DNA of 64,000 nucleotides, from NCBI GenBank assembly GCA_000002435.2, contig CM018793.1. The stretch is one strand, 5' to 3'. Under the pieces are notes generated by a model. That model did not search any database, was not told the DNA's origin, and saw only the letters and a list, made by a program, of their open reading frames with translations. Origin of the DNA: Giardia intestinalis (lineage: Eukaryota). Below, in pieces: positions 1 through 9,929 of the stretch; position 1 is the stretch's first letter, and every line of letters begins with the position of its first letter. A program made the position numbers and the translations under genes.

Positions 1-809
1 ACTTTACAAGGATGCAGAGCATTTATCTTATAGCGCTCGTTGATGCTCATACCCTCCACAGTCTCGCGGTCTAAAATACGGACTAAATCGTCACTGATAA
101 CTCCATCGGTGATGTCCTGAACCACGCCACAATATGACTGGATCATTTTAAATTGGCAAAGCTCGCGCGGGGCTAATATTCGCACAATATCCCCAGGAAC
201 CGGCACATCTGGCGCAATCCCCATAAGGGCGTGCAACTGTGTATCCAGTTGTTCGTCGATGTATAGAATAAACGGATTGTACTGAATGTAGCGTGGACCT
301 GGAAACATCGTCTGATAGTCATAAATAATGGAGCGTTCATTGCAGATAGGACACGTTCTTTCCCAGAGGGCAAATAGATAGTGAACACAATCAGCGCAAA
401 AGACGTGCATACAATGAGAAAAGCGTACTGGCTTACGCATTGGCTCCAAGCATATTCGACAAATATACTCTGATGGAAAGCTGACGTACTTAAAATGGGA
501 GCCATCGGTATATACCTTGAGGGCATAGGGATCGCAGGAGTCACAGACAGACGTCGAGAATTCGGAGTCGCAGGGAGCAGATTGACTGGTAATAGGGATG
601 GAAACATCGGGGTGAGTGGTCTCTGTAATAAAGGTCTGTGGGCTCAGTTTCTTAGCTGACCGCTTCCATAGGTTGGAAGCAGTAGTCAAGCTCGAGTTAG
701 ATTGAAAAAGTTGAGACAATCGTTGAGCTGCTGAGAGATCGTCTATGGTATAGCTACACATGACCTCTAAGTTCTGCACTTCTCCCTCTGCATACTCATC
801 AGAAAGCAT
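1..809 (-). CDS. RING-finger (C3HC4) protein, 5' part only; the gene continues past the window start
   Basis: Hand translation of the minus strand gives an open frame from ATG at 807-809 (in-frame TGA at 819-821 just upstream) to the window edge, with no stop. It reads MLSDEYAEGEVQNLEV...CRICLEPMRKPVRFSHCMHVFCADCVHYLFALWERTCPICNERS...RILAPRELCQFKMIQSYCGVVQDITDGV... The Cys/His spacing fits a C3HC4 RING. The ORF track missed it because it is unterminated in the window. The listed 173..607 ORF is a different, probably spurious frame. Confidence 0.5.
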   Translation of the reverse strand, partial: MLSDEYAEGEVQNLEVMCSYTIDDLSAAQRLSQLFQSNSSLTTASNLWKRSAKKLSPQTFITETTHPDVSIPITSQSAPCDSEFSTSVCDSCDPYALKVYTDGSHFKYVSFPSEYICRICLEPMRKPVRFSHCMHVFCADCVHYLFALWERTCPICNERSIIYDYQTMFPGPRYIQYNPFILYIDEQLDTQLHALMGIAPDVPVPGDIVRILAPRELCQFKMIQSYCGVVQDITDGVISDDLVRILDRETVEGMSINERYKINALHPCK

Positions 810-1030
810 ATGACCTTCTCAGCGATTCACAGGAAACACTTAGAGCTGTTTGTACAATTATTCAAAAAATACGTTTTCTACAGCTGTTGCTTGGTTGTCC
901 TTCAGCCTTGATTCTACTCTCGTTCAGCTGTATGTCACCCTACGTGCTGATTACCACGTCTGTATCGCAGTAAAGTATTTAAGAGTAAATTCGAGCACTT
1001 TACTTTTCAATATTTCACCATTTACCTGCT

Positions 1031-1745
1031 CTGCTGTCCGAGTAAATCTCCCTGCAACGCCACCGCCCTGGGCAGGGCTCCCGCTCGCCGTCCGGGGTCC
1101 AGCCCCAGCGTCCGAAGATCAGGCGCCCTCGATCCGGGCGGGAGAACTCCTATGCCCCAGCTCCCCCGGAAGCCGCTGCTCCTCACGTTACCTCTAGGGT
1201 TCCTCCCTTCCTCTGGCCCATCGGAGTCAACTATCGTCTGGCACTGGTGGGCACCTGCTATTCAGGGTCTTGCGTCTGTTGCGGCGATCTGGCCTCCACG
1301 TGGCCCGGGGCCCTGGTGCTCTGTGACGAGGATCACACGCCACGACCTCGAGTGTCTACCCCGTTCCTCGGGGTGCCTCTTCGTCTCCTCGTGGATTGCA
1401 CCATCAGTCCCGAGCATGATCGGAGGATGCGATCCCCGTACTCCTCTATCTTGGGGTTGTGGTACGCATTCGTGGATGCCGGCGGAGTACTCATATGCGT
1501 TGTGTTGGGGAGGAGGCCCGGCAGGTGTTCCAGACCACTACTCCTCGGTGTGGGCAGGATCAATCCACTTCTGTCAGCCAGACACTCCAAGGATCCCGAC
1601 TTGCCTGTCGAGGGATTCACATGGGTCACGTGTGGGTCCGTCTCGACAAGCGTGGCGAGTGATTGGTGCCATCACTGGCTTCAGGCCCTCCGTTGCCTTG
1701 AGGGGTCCTTCGAGACCGGCCAGGAAGGAGGCCTCCTGCTCCTCT
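1031..1745 (+). repeat. Dispersed ~0.7 kb GC-rich repeat, copy A (inverted relative to copies B and C)
   Basis: 1031-1390 is near-identical to the reverse complement of 9541-9922 and 40390-40773. 1390-1745 is a diverged (~70-80% by eye) match to the reverse complement of 9238-9540 and 40025-40390. No convincing coding frame, only overlapping GC-rich ORFs on both strands. Confidence 0.7.
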
Positions 1746-3375
1746 GTGCTCCTACACCCAATGGTGACCGTCGAACCATAGCACTTCCTAGGCCTGTCGC
1801 CTCTGTGACTATCCTCGCCGCGTCACTGTTGTCGGCATGGGCACTGAGTGGGGTATCTCCTCAGCTCCCGATGAGCAGGTTCTGTCCCCCGCAGCACAGA
1901 AGCATGCTCAGGGTCCCGAGGGACCGAGTCCAGGAGTGCAGCGTGGCGCAGCCGGAGGAAGGCCTCGACGCAGCTCCTTGGAACTGTCTTGTGGAGCAAA
2001 TCATGATCGTCCGCTGATCGTGGTTGTCCTGTCCCATTCTTGGAGAAGGGCCAGGCGGAACCGTACAGAGCACGCATCCCATCCTATGGATCGCGCCGAG
2101 GATCTCGCTGAAGGCCTGCACCTGGATGGACTCGCCAGCGCAGGTCCAGGCCGTCCTGATCCGGCCCTCTGGATAGCAAGGTGCTGGTCGTCGATGGCGC
2201 TGTTAGGGGGCAGCTCCCCTTCGAGGCGAGGCTGAGGATGCAGGCCGGGCAGCGGACCGGTGAATGCCACTCCTCCGGTTCCCCGCTGCTCCACTCAGTA
2301 GCACCCTGCATCCGGTGTCTGTTCTGCATGCGTCTGGACGGCCTCGCTGTGGAGAGTCTTCATGCAGGACAGGCACGTGCTCTTCCGCTCCTACTAGTTC
2401 AACGTTCACCCGGTGCCGCTCAGCGTAGGATGCTCCGTTTCAGTGGGCTCCTGAGGCCCGGGTCGGACCTGGAGCACCGGAAGCGCGCTCATGAGTGCTT
2501 CACACGCTCGCACGAGAGGCGCGGCCTTTCCGCCGTCTCATCAGGCGCCCACTGCACCCGCGGCCCTCGTTCTCCTGGCGTCGGAGCGCATCCCCGGCGA
2601 GGGGCGGCGCTTCGCAGTGCCCTGGACGAGCTGGGCGCTCTGGTGCTGTCGTCCGCTCAACCCCGCGGCCTCGGTCGTGCTACTGGGCGGCAGGAGTCGC
2701 ACCTTAGCCCCTTGGCTGGTCTGGAGGGCGTTCCGGTTGATGCCAGAGCTGGCGTGCACGGCCTGGCTCTTCTCCCCCGGACTCGGCCGACGTTCTGACC
2801 CGAATCCCGGACTCTGGGCTTGGGGCGGCGAACGGGCGGGGTCCGCCTGCCGCGGGGAGGACTTGCACGGGGTACGGATTGCTCGGCCGGCAGGTGGCAG
2901 ACCAGCTTCGATGAGGCGGAAGGTGAGCTGCGTGGCCCTGGAGTAGCGGGTGCCCACCGGGTGTGGGGAGCAGCTGGCCCAGGTTGACTAGAGGAACGCA
3001 CCGCGGGGCAACAACGGCCCCCTAGGGAGGAAGCACAAGGCTCTTCTCCAGAGGTGGGCGACCCCCGAGCTCGAGTTCTTGTCTCAGATGCCGGGTGGTG
3101 AACGAACAAGAGACCTGCCTTCATTTGTTGTCAACTACTATTACACCCTCATCTTGTTCAACGCATCAAAGCAAAAATAAGGTTGTCTGAGTAGCTCCCA
3201 CGAGCCACCAAGCGTCCTCAGAAGCAGGCAAGCCGTGGAGACACGTTCGCTCTATATGGTTAGTTCTGGTGGTGCGCTACTTAGACTGCTCTATAGGGGA
3301 GCGGCGGCACTTTTCCGTCTCTCGGTGGTCGGTGCTGTTGAGCACTGGTGCTTCACTCTACCGGCCTTAGAGCGT

Positions 3376-4836
3376 TTACTCTGAGAGGAGGGCGACTATC
3401 TCATGGCGTCTCCATAACTTAGCCATGTCAAGGGCAGTCCCCCCATTATAACCCTTCAAGTCCTTCTCTCTCATGAGGAGCCTGACACAGTCTGTGTGAT
3501 CGTTCTTCACAGCCCACATGAGGGCCGTCCACCCGTTGCTATCTTTCAGTCCCTTCTCTTTCTCCGCGAGCAGCTCCACGATCCCTGCGTGTCCGTATAC
3601 CGCCGCTCTCATCAGGGCAGTTCCCTCGTATATCTTCCAGTCACCTACAAGTGCGCATCCCTTCATCTTCATGCCCCCCTGGAGTGGTATGAGGGCCTTC
3701 ACAGCCTCCACGTCGTTTCTGTCGACAGCCCTCATGAGGTCGGTGGAGTCGTCCTCCTCTATTAGGTGCTTCTCTGGTTCTTCTGACTCCTCCATTTCGT
3801 CTGTCTTATCCGTCTCTGTTTTAATCTCCTGCATCTCTTCAAATAGCTTGGCAGCAACAGCATAGTGTCTCCTAATGGAGTCCACTTTTGCGGCGCTATT
3901 AGTGGGATCCTTTTCGAGAGTTACTGTTTTGTTGTTGGCCCTATTCAAGGCTTCTACAAAGGCTGCACGCACCTCCTTTAGCCTTGTGTCTTGGGCCTCT
4001 TGTTCATCAGCAGAGATGCCAGGCCTCCGAAGTAGACGGACGAGCCCCCTGGCAGTCGGCCTCTCGGCGGGATCGAGGACGAGCATCCTCTCAAGGACGT
4101 TCCTTGCGAGGTCGTCTGCGACACCGCTCAGGTTCGACCTCCATCCATCGACGAAGACATCCTCTGGTTCTCTGCCCCCCAGGAAGTCCGGCTTCCTCAG
4201 GGTGGCGAGCTCGTATGCGACGGCCCCAAGGCTCCAGACGTCGGATGCGGCGGTCGTGTCACCGCTGAGGAGTGTCTCGGGGGCCATGTACGCGGGGTCG
4301 CCAGCCTTCGCAGCTCCGCTCGATATGCCCTCGCAGAACCCGAAGTCTGCAAGAACAACACGCCGCCCGTCCCCAGCGAACATGACGTTGTCGGGCTCGA
4401 GGACAACGCTAGAGGGCAGGCCGTTGTGGGCACCTCTGCTGAGCCCGTGGAGGTGGGCAAGGGCGCCAGCCAGCTGCCCCAGAAGGGAGAGCATCAGCTC
4501 GCTGGGAATAGGTTCGTGAATGTCTTTGTAGTCGGTGATGAACTGCCGGAGGTCTCCACAGCAGCGGTCTGTGACAACAAGGATCGTGTTGCCATCTGTA
4601 AGCACCTGGTGGTATTTGAGAACGTCTGGGTGAAGGGTGCCTAGAAGAGCGGTCAGCCTACGCCGAATGGCATCTACACTGTGCTGATCCAGACCATCAA
4701 GCCGGATCTCTCTCACGGCGAGGTAGGGGCATCCCCTGAGAGAGTAGACGGCACCGTGGGCATCCTTGCTGAGCATGTTACCTAGGCGTCTATGCAACTT
4801 TTTGGGGCTGAACACGGGAACGCCACCAGCGCCCAT
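3376..4836 (-). CDS. NEK-family protein kinase-like protein with C-terminal ankyrin repeats; predicted pseudokinase
   Basis: Kinase-fold landmarks are present (LADFGF = DFG, YMAPE = APE, SDVWSLG). The C-terminus carries 3-4 ankyrin repeats (GTALMRAAVYGHAGIVELL, GWTALMWAVKNDHTDCVRLL, GGTALDMAKLWRRHEIVALL). The HRDLKPxN catalytic loop reads HNGLPSS, the VAIK lysine reads LAVREI, and the Gly-loop is degenerate, so it is probably inactive. The ORF-track start at 4998 is a TTG. The first in-frame ATG is at 4834-4836, with another at 4774-4776. AGTAAAC overlaps the TAA stop (3374-3380). Confidence 0.75.
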   Translation of the reverse strand: MGAGGVPVFSPKKLHRRLGNMLSKDAHGAVYSLRGCPYLAVREIRLDGLDQHSVDAIRRRLTALLGTLHPDVLKYHQVLTDGNTILVVTDRCCGDLRQFITDYKDIHEPIPSELMLSLLGQLAGALAHLHGLSRGAHNGLPSSVVLEPDNVMFAGDGRRVVLADFGFCEGISSGAAKAGDPAYMAPETLLSGDTTAASDVWSLGAVAYELATLRKPDFLGGREPEDVFVDGWRSNLSGVADDLARNVLERMLVLDPAERPTARGLVRLLRRPGISADEQEAQDTRLKEVRAAFVEALNRANNKTVTLEKDPTNSAAKVDSIRRHYAVAAKLFEEMQEIKTETDKTDEMEESEEPEKHLIEEDDSTDLMRAVDRNDVEAVKALIPLQGGMKMKGCALVGDWKIYEGTALMRAAVYGHAGIVELLAEKEKGLKDSNGWTALMWAVKNDHTDCVRLLMREKDLKGYNGGTALDMAKLWRRHEIVALLSE

Positions 4837-5216
4837 CGGCCCTGCAAAGCCGCTAGCTGCACTGTTACTAGCGTCTCTCAGGACACCCTCTGCGGTGGCT
4901 GGGAAGTGGGCGCGGCTTGCCCGTGGGGCCTCTGAGCGCACCTGCAGGCGGGGCCAGCGATACAGTGACAGCAATGTACAGGAGTGCACCCCGAACAATC
5001 ACTCCACAAGAGAGGTGCGATCTGAGTCCGGCCCTCACTGGTCCTGTTCCTACTGAAGTCAGGGAAAACTACACTATCAGCTGGCCTCCGGTGGGTGTGC
5101 TCCTATCTTGTCCTTCTCCAGTCCAACTGATCGAGAAGAGCAAGAGCGGCTGTCTCTCACTGCTCGCGGCAACACACCAGCCTGACGGAAGAGCAGTGGC
5201 ACGTGTGCTCCGGCTA

Positions 5217-8200
5217 ATGTTGATAGGATTTCTCCTAGTTTGTGTGGTAACACGGGCAGAATGCGCCCAAAACCTGAAGGACGCGGGCTGCGAGACCTGC
5301 ACAGAGGCGGGCCCCAGCCAGACGTGCCTCACCTGTAGCGGTGGCCAGAAGGTGCTCCTCGACGGGAAGAGCTGCGGGGCCAATTGCCCGCCGAACTCTG
5401 TGGCCAGCCCGAACGTCTGCGAGTGCGACCAGGGATTCAGCCTGAACAGCGGGAAGGACGGCTGCGTGGCGGCCTCTAACACGGAATGCGCCCAAAACCT
5501 GAAGGACGCGGGCTGCGAGACCTGCACAGAGGCGGGCCCCAGCCAGACGTGCCTCACCTGTAGCGGTGGCCAGAAGGTGCTCCTCGACGGGAAGAGCTGC
5601 GGGGCCAATTGCCCGCCGAACTCTGCGGCCAGCCCGAACGTCTGCGAGTGCGACCAGGGATTCAGCCTGAACAGCGGGAAGGACGGCTGCGTGGCGGCCT
5701 CTAACACGGAATGCGCCCAAAACCTGAAGGACGCGGGCTGCGAGACCTGCACAGAGGCGGGCCCCAGCCAGACGTGCCTCACCTGTAGCGGTGGCCAGAA
5801 GGTGCTCCTCGACGGGAAGAGCTGCGGGGCCAATTGCCCGCCGAACTCTGCGGCCAGCCCGAACGTCTGCGAGTGCGACCAGGGATTCAGCCTGAACAGC
5901 GGGAAGGACGGCTGCGTGGCGGCCTCTAACACGGAATGCGCCCAAAACCTGAAGGACGCGGGCTGCGAGACCTGCACAGAGGCGGGCCCCAGCCAGACGT
6001 GCCTCACCTGTAGCGGTGGCCAGAAGGTGCTCCTCGACGGGAAGAGCTGCGGGGCCAATTGCCCGCCGAACTCTGCGGCCAGCCCGAACGTCTGCGAGTG
6101 CGACCAGGGATTCAGCCTGAACAGCGGGAAGGACGGCTGCGTGGCGGCCTCTAACACGGAATGCGCCCAAAACCTGAAGGACGCGGGCTGCGAGACCTGC
6201 ACAGAGGCGGGCCCCAGCCAGACGTGCCTCACCTGTAGCGGTGGCCAGAAGGTGCTCCTCGACGGGAAGAGCTGCGGGGCCAATTGCCCGCCGAACTCTG
6301 CGGCCAGCCCGAACGTCTGCGAGTGCGACCAGGGATTCAGCCTGAACAGCGGGAAGGACGGCTGCGTGGCGGCCTCTAACACGGAATGCGCCCAAAACCT
6401 GAAGGACGCGGGCTGCGAGACCTGCACAGAGGCGGGCCCCAGCCAGACGTGCCTCACCTGTAGCGGTGGCCAGAAGGTGCTCCTCGACGGGAAGAGCTGC
6501 GGGGCCAATTGCCCGCCGAACTCTGCGGCCAGCCCGAACGTCTGCGAGTGCGACCAGGGATTCAGCCTGAACAGCGGGAAGGACGGCTGCGTGGCGGCCT
6601 CTAACACGGAATGCGCCCAAAACCTGAAGGACGCGGGCTGCGAGACCTGCACAGAGGCGGGCCCCAGCCAGACGTGCCTCACCTGTAGCGGTGGCCAGAA
6701 GGTGCTCCTCGACGGGAAGAGCTGCGGGGCCAATTGCCCGCCGAACTCTGCGGCCAGCCCGAACGTCTGCGAGTGCGACCAGGGATTCAGCCTGAACAGC
6801 GGGAAGGACGGCTGCGTGGCGGCCTCTAACACGGAATGCGCCCAAAACCTGAAGGACGCGGGCTGCGAGACCTGCACAGAGGCGGGCCCCAGCCAGACGT
6901 GCCTCACCTGTAGCGGTGGCCAGAAGGTGCTCCTCGACGGGAAGAGCTGCGGGGCCAATTGCCCGCCGAACTCTGCGGCCAGCCCGAACGTCTGCGAGTG
7001 CGACCAGGGATTCAGCCTGAACAGCGGGAAGGACGGCTGCGTGGCGGCCTCTAACACGGAATGCGCCCAAAACCTGAAGGACGCGGGCTGCGAGACCTGC
7101 ACAGAGGCGGGCCCCAGCCAGACGTGCCTCACCTGTAGCGGTGGCCAGAAGGTGCTCCTCGACGGGAAGAGCTGCGGGGCCAATTGCCCGCCGAACTCTG
7201 CGGCCAGCCCGAACGTCTGCGAGTGCGACCAGGGATTCAGCCTGAACAGCGGGAAGGACGGCTGCGTGGCGGCCTCTAACACGGAATGCGCCCAAAACCT
7301 GAAGGACGCGGGCTGCGAGACCTGCACAGAGGCGGGCCCCAGCCAGACGTGCCTCACCTGTAGCGGTGGCCAGAAGGTGCTCCTCGACGGGAAGAGCTGC
7401 GGGGCCAATTGCCCGCCGAACTCTGCGGCCAGCCCGAACGTCTGCGAGTGCGACCAGGGATTCAGCCTGAACAGCGGGAAGGACGGCTGCGTGGCGGCCT
7501 CTAACACGGAATGCGCCCAAAACCTGAAGGACGCGGGCTGCGAGACCTGCACAGAGGCGGGCCCCAGCCAGACGTGCCTCACCTGTAGCGGTGGCCAGAA
7601 GGTGCTCCTCGACGGGAAGAGCTGCGGGGCCAATTGCCCGCCGAACTCTGCGGCCAGCCCGAACGTCTGCGAGTGCGACCAGGGATTCAGCCTGAACAGC
7701 GGGAAGGACGGCTGCGTGGCGGCCTCTAACACGGAATGCGCCCAAAACCTGAAGGACGCGGGCTGCGAGACCTGCACAGAGGCGGGCCCCAGCCAGACGT
7801 GCCTCACCTGTAGCGGTGGCCAGAAGGTGCTCCTCGACGGGAAGAGCTGCGGGGCCAATTGCCCGCCGAACTCTGCGGCCAGCCCGAACGTCTGCGAGTG
7901 CGACCAGGGATACACGCTCAACGCCGGAAAGACCGCGTGCGAGAAGGCCTCTAACACACAGTGTAATACTCCCAACTGCAAGATCTGTGATAACCCCAAA
8001 ACAGACAACGAAATCTGCACTGAATGTAATGATAACAATTACCTCACCCCGACAAAGCAGTGCACGCAGAGCTGCGGAGCAATAGGAAGCTACTACAACG
8101 GAGACAAAGTGTGCGAGCCTTGTGATTCTAGCTGTGCTGCGTGCACCACAACGGGACCAGCGAAGTGCACGCTGTGTCCTCCCGGGAAGAGGCTCCAGTA

Positions 8201-8906
8201 CACCAATGATGATCCTAGTCAAGGTGGATCCTGCGTAGATGAGTGCAAGCCCCAGAGTGGAGCTAGCGGATGCGAGACCTGCGGAGCCACCATCGGAGGG
8301 ACAAAGTATTGCTCGAAGTGCAGCACATCCACGGAGGTCCCCGTCAACGGAGTCTGTACAGCAGACAATGCCCGCGCGCCCGTATGCTCGAAAAAGGACA
8401 ATCAGGGAGGGTGCACTACGTGTGCCAGTGGGTACTTCCTCCAAGACGGCGGTTGCTATAAGACTGACAGACAGCCCGGTGAGCAGATATGCACACTAGC
8501 TGATAGCAATGGTGGATGTCAGACGTGCGCCAATAGTCTTCAGCCTAATAATGGAGCATGCCCTTCGTGTCACTCGACATGCAAGACATGTCGTGATGCT
8601 AATTCTGCAAATACTTGTACAACGTGTGCAACTGGGTACTACATGGTTGGATTAAATGCTGGGCCATGCACTTCGTGTGACAGCAACAGTGGAAGTGTCA
8701 AGGGAGTTGCTGGCTGCATGAGCTGCGCTCCTCCATCTAGCAATACTGGCTCCGTCCTCTGCTATCTCATAAAGGATACCGGTAGCACGAACAAGAGCGG
8801 CCTTTCTACCGGCGCCATCGCGGGGATCTCCGTGGCTGTCATCGTCGTTGTGGGGGGCCTTGTGGGCTTCCTCTGCTGGTGGTTCCTGTGTAGGGGGAAG
8901 GCGTGA
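5217..8906 (+). CDS. Variant-specific surface protein (VSP) with 12 tandem 75-aa cysteine-rich modules
   Basis: ATG at 5217 gives signal peptide MLIGFLLVCVVTRA. The ORF-track start 4917 is TTG with a non-secretory leader. The protein has many CxxC motifs and a GGCY motif (FLQDGGCYKTD). The C-terminal TM helix is AIAGISVAVIVVVGGLVGFLCWWFL, followed by the invariant Giardia VSP tail CRGKA and the stop. AGTAAAC poly(A) signal lies at 8914-8920. Confidence 0.9.
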   Translation: MLIGFLLVCVVTRAECAQNLKDAGCETCTEAGPSQTCLTCSGGQKVLLDGKSCGANCPPNSVASPNVCECDQGFSLNSGKDGCVAASNTECAQNLKDAGCETCTEAGPSQTCLTCSGGQKVLLDGKSCGANCPPNSAASPNVCECDQGFSLNSGKDGCVAASNTECAQNLKDAGCETCTEAGPSQTCLTCSGGQKVLLDGKSCGANCPPNSAASPNVCECDQGFSLNSGKDGCVAASNTECAQNLKDAGCETCTEAGPSQTCLTCSGGQKVLLDGKSCGANCPPNSAASPNVCECDQGFSLNSGKDGCVAASNTECAQNLKDAGCETCTEAGPSQTCLTCSGGQKVLLDGKSCGANCPPNSAASPNVCECDQGFSLNSGKDGCVAASNTECAQNLKDAGCETCTEAGPSQTCLTCSGGQKVLLDGKSCGANCPPNSAASPNVCECDQGFSLNSGKDGCVAASNTECAQNLKDAGCETCTEAGPSQTCLTCSGGQKVLLDGKSCGANCPPNSAASPNVCECDQGFSLNSGKDGCVAASNTECAQNLKDAGCETCTEAGPSQTCLTCSGGQKVLLDGKSCGANCPPNSAASPNVCECDQGFSLNSGKDGCVAASNTECAQNLKDAGCETCTEAGPSQTCLTCSGGQKVLLDGKSCGANCPPNSAASPNVCECDQGFSLNSGKDGCVAASNTECAQNLKDAGCETCTEAGPSQTCLTCSGGQKVLLDGKSCGANCPPNSAASPNVCECDQGFSLNSGKDGCVAASNTECAQNLKDAGCETCTEAGPSQTCLTCSGGQKVLLDGKSCGANCPPNSAASPNVCECDQGFSLNSGKDGCVAASNTECAQNLKDAGCETCTEAGPSQTCLTCSGGQKVLLDGKSCGANCPPNSAASPNVCECDQGYTLNAGKTACEKASNTQCNTPNCKICDNPKTDNEICTECNDNNYLTPTKQCTQSCGAIGSYYNGDKVCEPCDSSCAACTTTGPAKCTLCPPGKRLQYTNDDPSQGGSCVDECKPQSGASGCETCGATIGGTKYCSKCSTSTEVPVNGVCTADNARAPVCSKKDNQGGCTTCASGYFLQDGGCYKTDRQPGEQICTLADSNGGCQTCANSLQPNNGACPSCHSTCKTCRDANSANTCTTCATGYYMVGLNAGPCTSCDSNSGSVKGVAGCMSCAPPSSNTGSVLCYLIKDTGSTNKSGLSTGAIAGISVAVIVVVGGLVGFLCWWFLCRGKA
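5259..7910 (+). repeat. Tandem array: ~11.8 copies of a 225-bp unit (75 aa, ECAQNLKDAGCETCTEAGPSQTCLTCSGGQKVLLDGKSCGANCPPNS(A/V)ASPNVCECDQGFSLNSGKDGCVAASNT) inside the VSP
   Basis: Unit starts (gaatgcgcccaaaacc) at 5259, 5484, 5709 ... 7734, with exact 225-bp period. By eye the copies are identical except one T/C (Val/Ala) difference in copy 1. The array decays into unique sequence at 7911. Confidence 0.9.
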
Positions 8907-8913
8907 CTTAGGT

Positions 8914-8920
8914 AGTAAAC
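8914..8920 (+). promoter_or_regulatory. Putative Giardia poly(A) signal AGTAAAC 8 nt after the VSP stop
   Basis: Matches the AGTPuAAPy consensus described for Giardia 3' ends. Position is 8-14 nt downstream of TGA (8904-8906). Confidence 0.5.
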
Positions 8921-9237
8921 GCGTCATTGTGTGTGGCTTATTACGCTGTGCTACTGGGGCTATCTGAGGATCGCCCAGAGGTCGTGCGGGTAATCATCGC
9001 TCCTTCCTGGCCAGTTCAGAGACGAGGGTTGGCTGTGGATGATATAATAGGGATCTCCCTTCACTTGTATACCAGGAGTCTTTTGCGTCCCTCAGTTGTT
9101 CCGCAGAGGTGTGCTCAGTTCGAGTGTGCACGTCGGTCTGTCTAGGATTCAACTTACTTGCCCATCTGCGTCGTCCACCATTGGTGCCACTTCTTGGTCT
9201 ACCGCTCTGATGGCGGAGGGTCCCAGCAGTTAATGAT

Positions 9238-9922
9238 CCTGGACCGACGCCTCGACAGACCGAAGCATCACCCCCAAGTGTGTTGTGCAGATGGACCAGC
9301 CCACACGTCACTGAGCCAGACACACTGCACAGAATGAGCGTCGACATGATCTCGTACTGGCTGACGGACCATCCACAAGAGCGCACTGCGATCATGAGCA
9401 GAGGGATGGGCCTCTCCCCTGATACCACCGCATGGGAGTACTCCATCGGCATCCACGAACGCGTACTATGACTCCAGGATAGAGGCGCACGGGGAGCGCA
9501 CCCCCGACAGCAGGGTCGATGGTCCACGTCATGGGGAGACGAAGAGGCACCCCGAGGAACGGGGTAGACACTCGAGGTCGTGGCGTGTGATCCTCGTCAC
9601 AGAGCACCAGGGCCCGGGCCACGTGGAGACCAGATCGCCGCAACAGACGCAAGACCCTGAATAGCAGGTGCCCACCAGTGCCAGACGATAGTTGACTCCG
9701 ATGGGCCAGAGGAAGGGAGGAACCCTAGAGGTAACGTGAGGAGCAGCGGCTTCCGGGGGAGCTGGGGCATAGGAGTTCTCCCGCCCGGATCGAGGGCGCC
9801 TGATCTTCGGACGCTGGGGCTGGACCCCGGACGGCGAGCGGGAGCCCTGCCCAGGGCGGTGGCGTTGCAGGGAGATTTACTCGGACAGCAGCTGCAAACT
9901 AACCTTGGTAAACAGAGTAAAT
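9238..9922 (-). repeat. Dispersed ~0.7 kb GC-rich repeat, copy B
   Basis: 9238-9922 is ~95-99% identical to 40087-40773, apart from one ~40-bp divergent patch near 9571-9610 where B instead matches copy A. It is the reverse complement of 1031-1745. It starts 331 bp after the VSP stop and ends 7 bp before the stop codon of the minus-strand gene 9930..12521. Confidence 0.75.
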
Positions 9923-9929
9923 TATTTGC

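Noticed and set aside
173-607. ORF-track 144-aa minus-strand ORF at 173..607
   Set aside because: A different frame on the same strand is open across the whole region 1..809. That frame encodes a RING finger and is not terminated in the window, so it is the more plausible gene. The 173..607 frame has no recognisable features.
850-3124. Cluster of overlapping 60-256-aa ORFs on both strands
   Set aside because: They are mutually overlapping and Arg/Pro/Gly/Ala-rich, and they lie in >60% GC DNA that is partly repeat copy A. No frame shows a recognisable domain. They are treated as non-coding.
5259-7910. CRISPR array?
   Set aside because: A regular 225-bp period looks superficially array-like. 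There are no spacers, the units are contiguous and in-frame coding sequence, and the genome is eukaryotic.
5069-8444. Very long minus-strand ORFs (989 aa and 1069 aa) inside the VSP
   Set aside because: They are antisense frames kept open by the perfect 225-bp tandem repeat. Their translations are the same 75-aa junk repeated. The sense strand encodes a textbook VSP (signal peptide, CxxC, GGCY, TM, CRGKA).
9268-9652. Small ORFs duplicated in the repeat copies (9268..9456, 9280..9471, 9392..9652; 40074..40526, 40117..40305, 39814..40320)
   Set aside because: They occur only because the repeat is present in several copies. They sit on both strands in overlapping frames, partly start with non-ATG codons, and give no protein-like translation.
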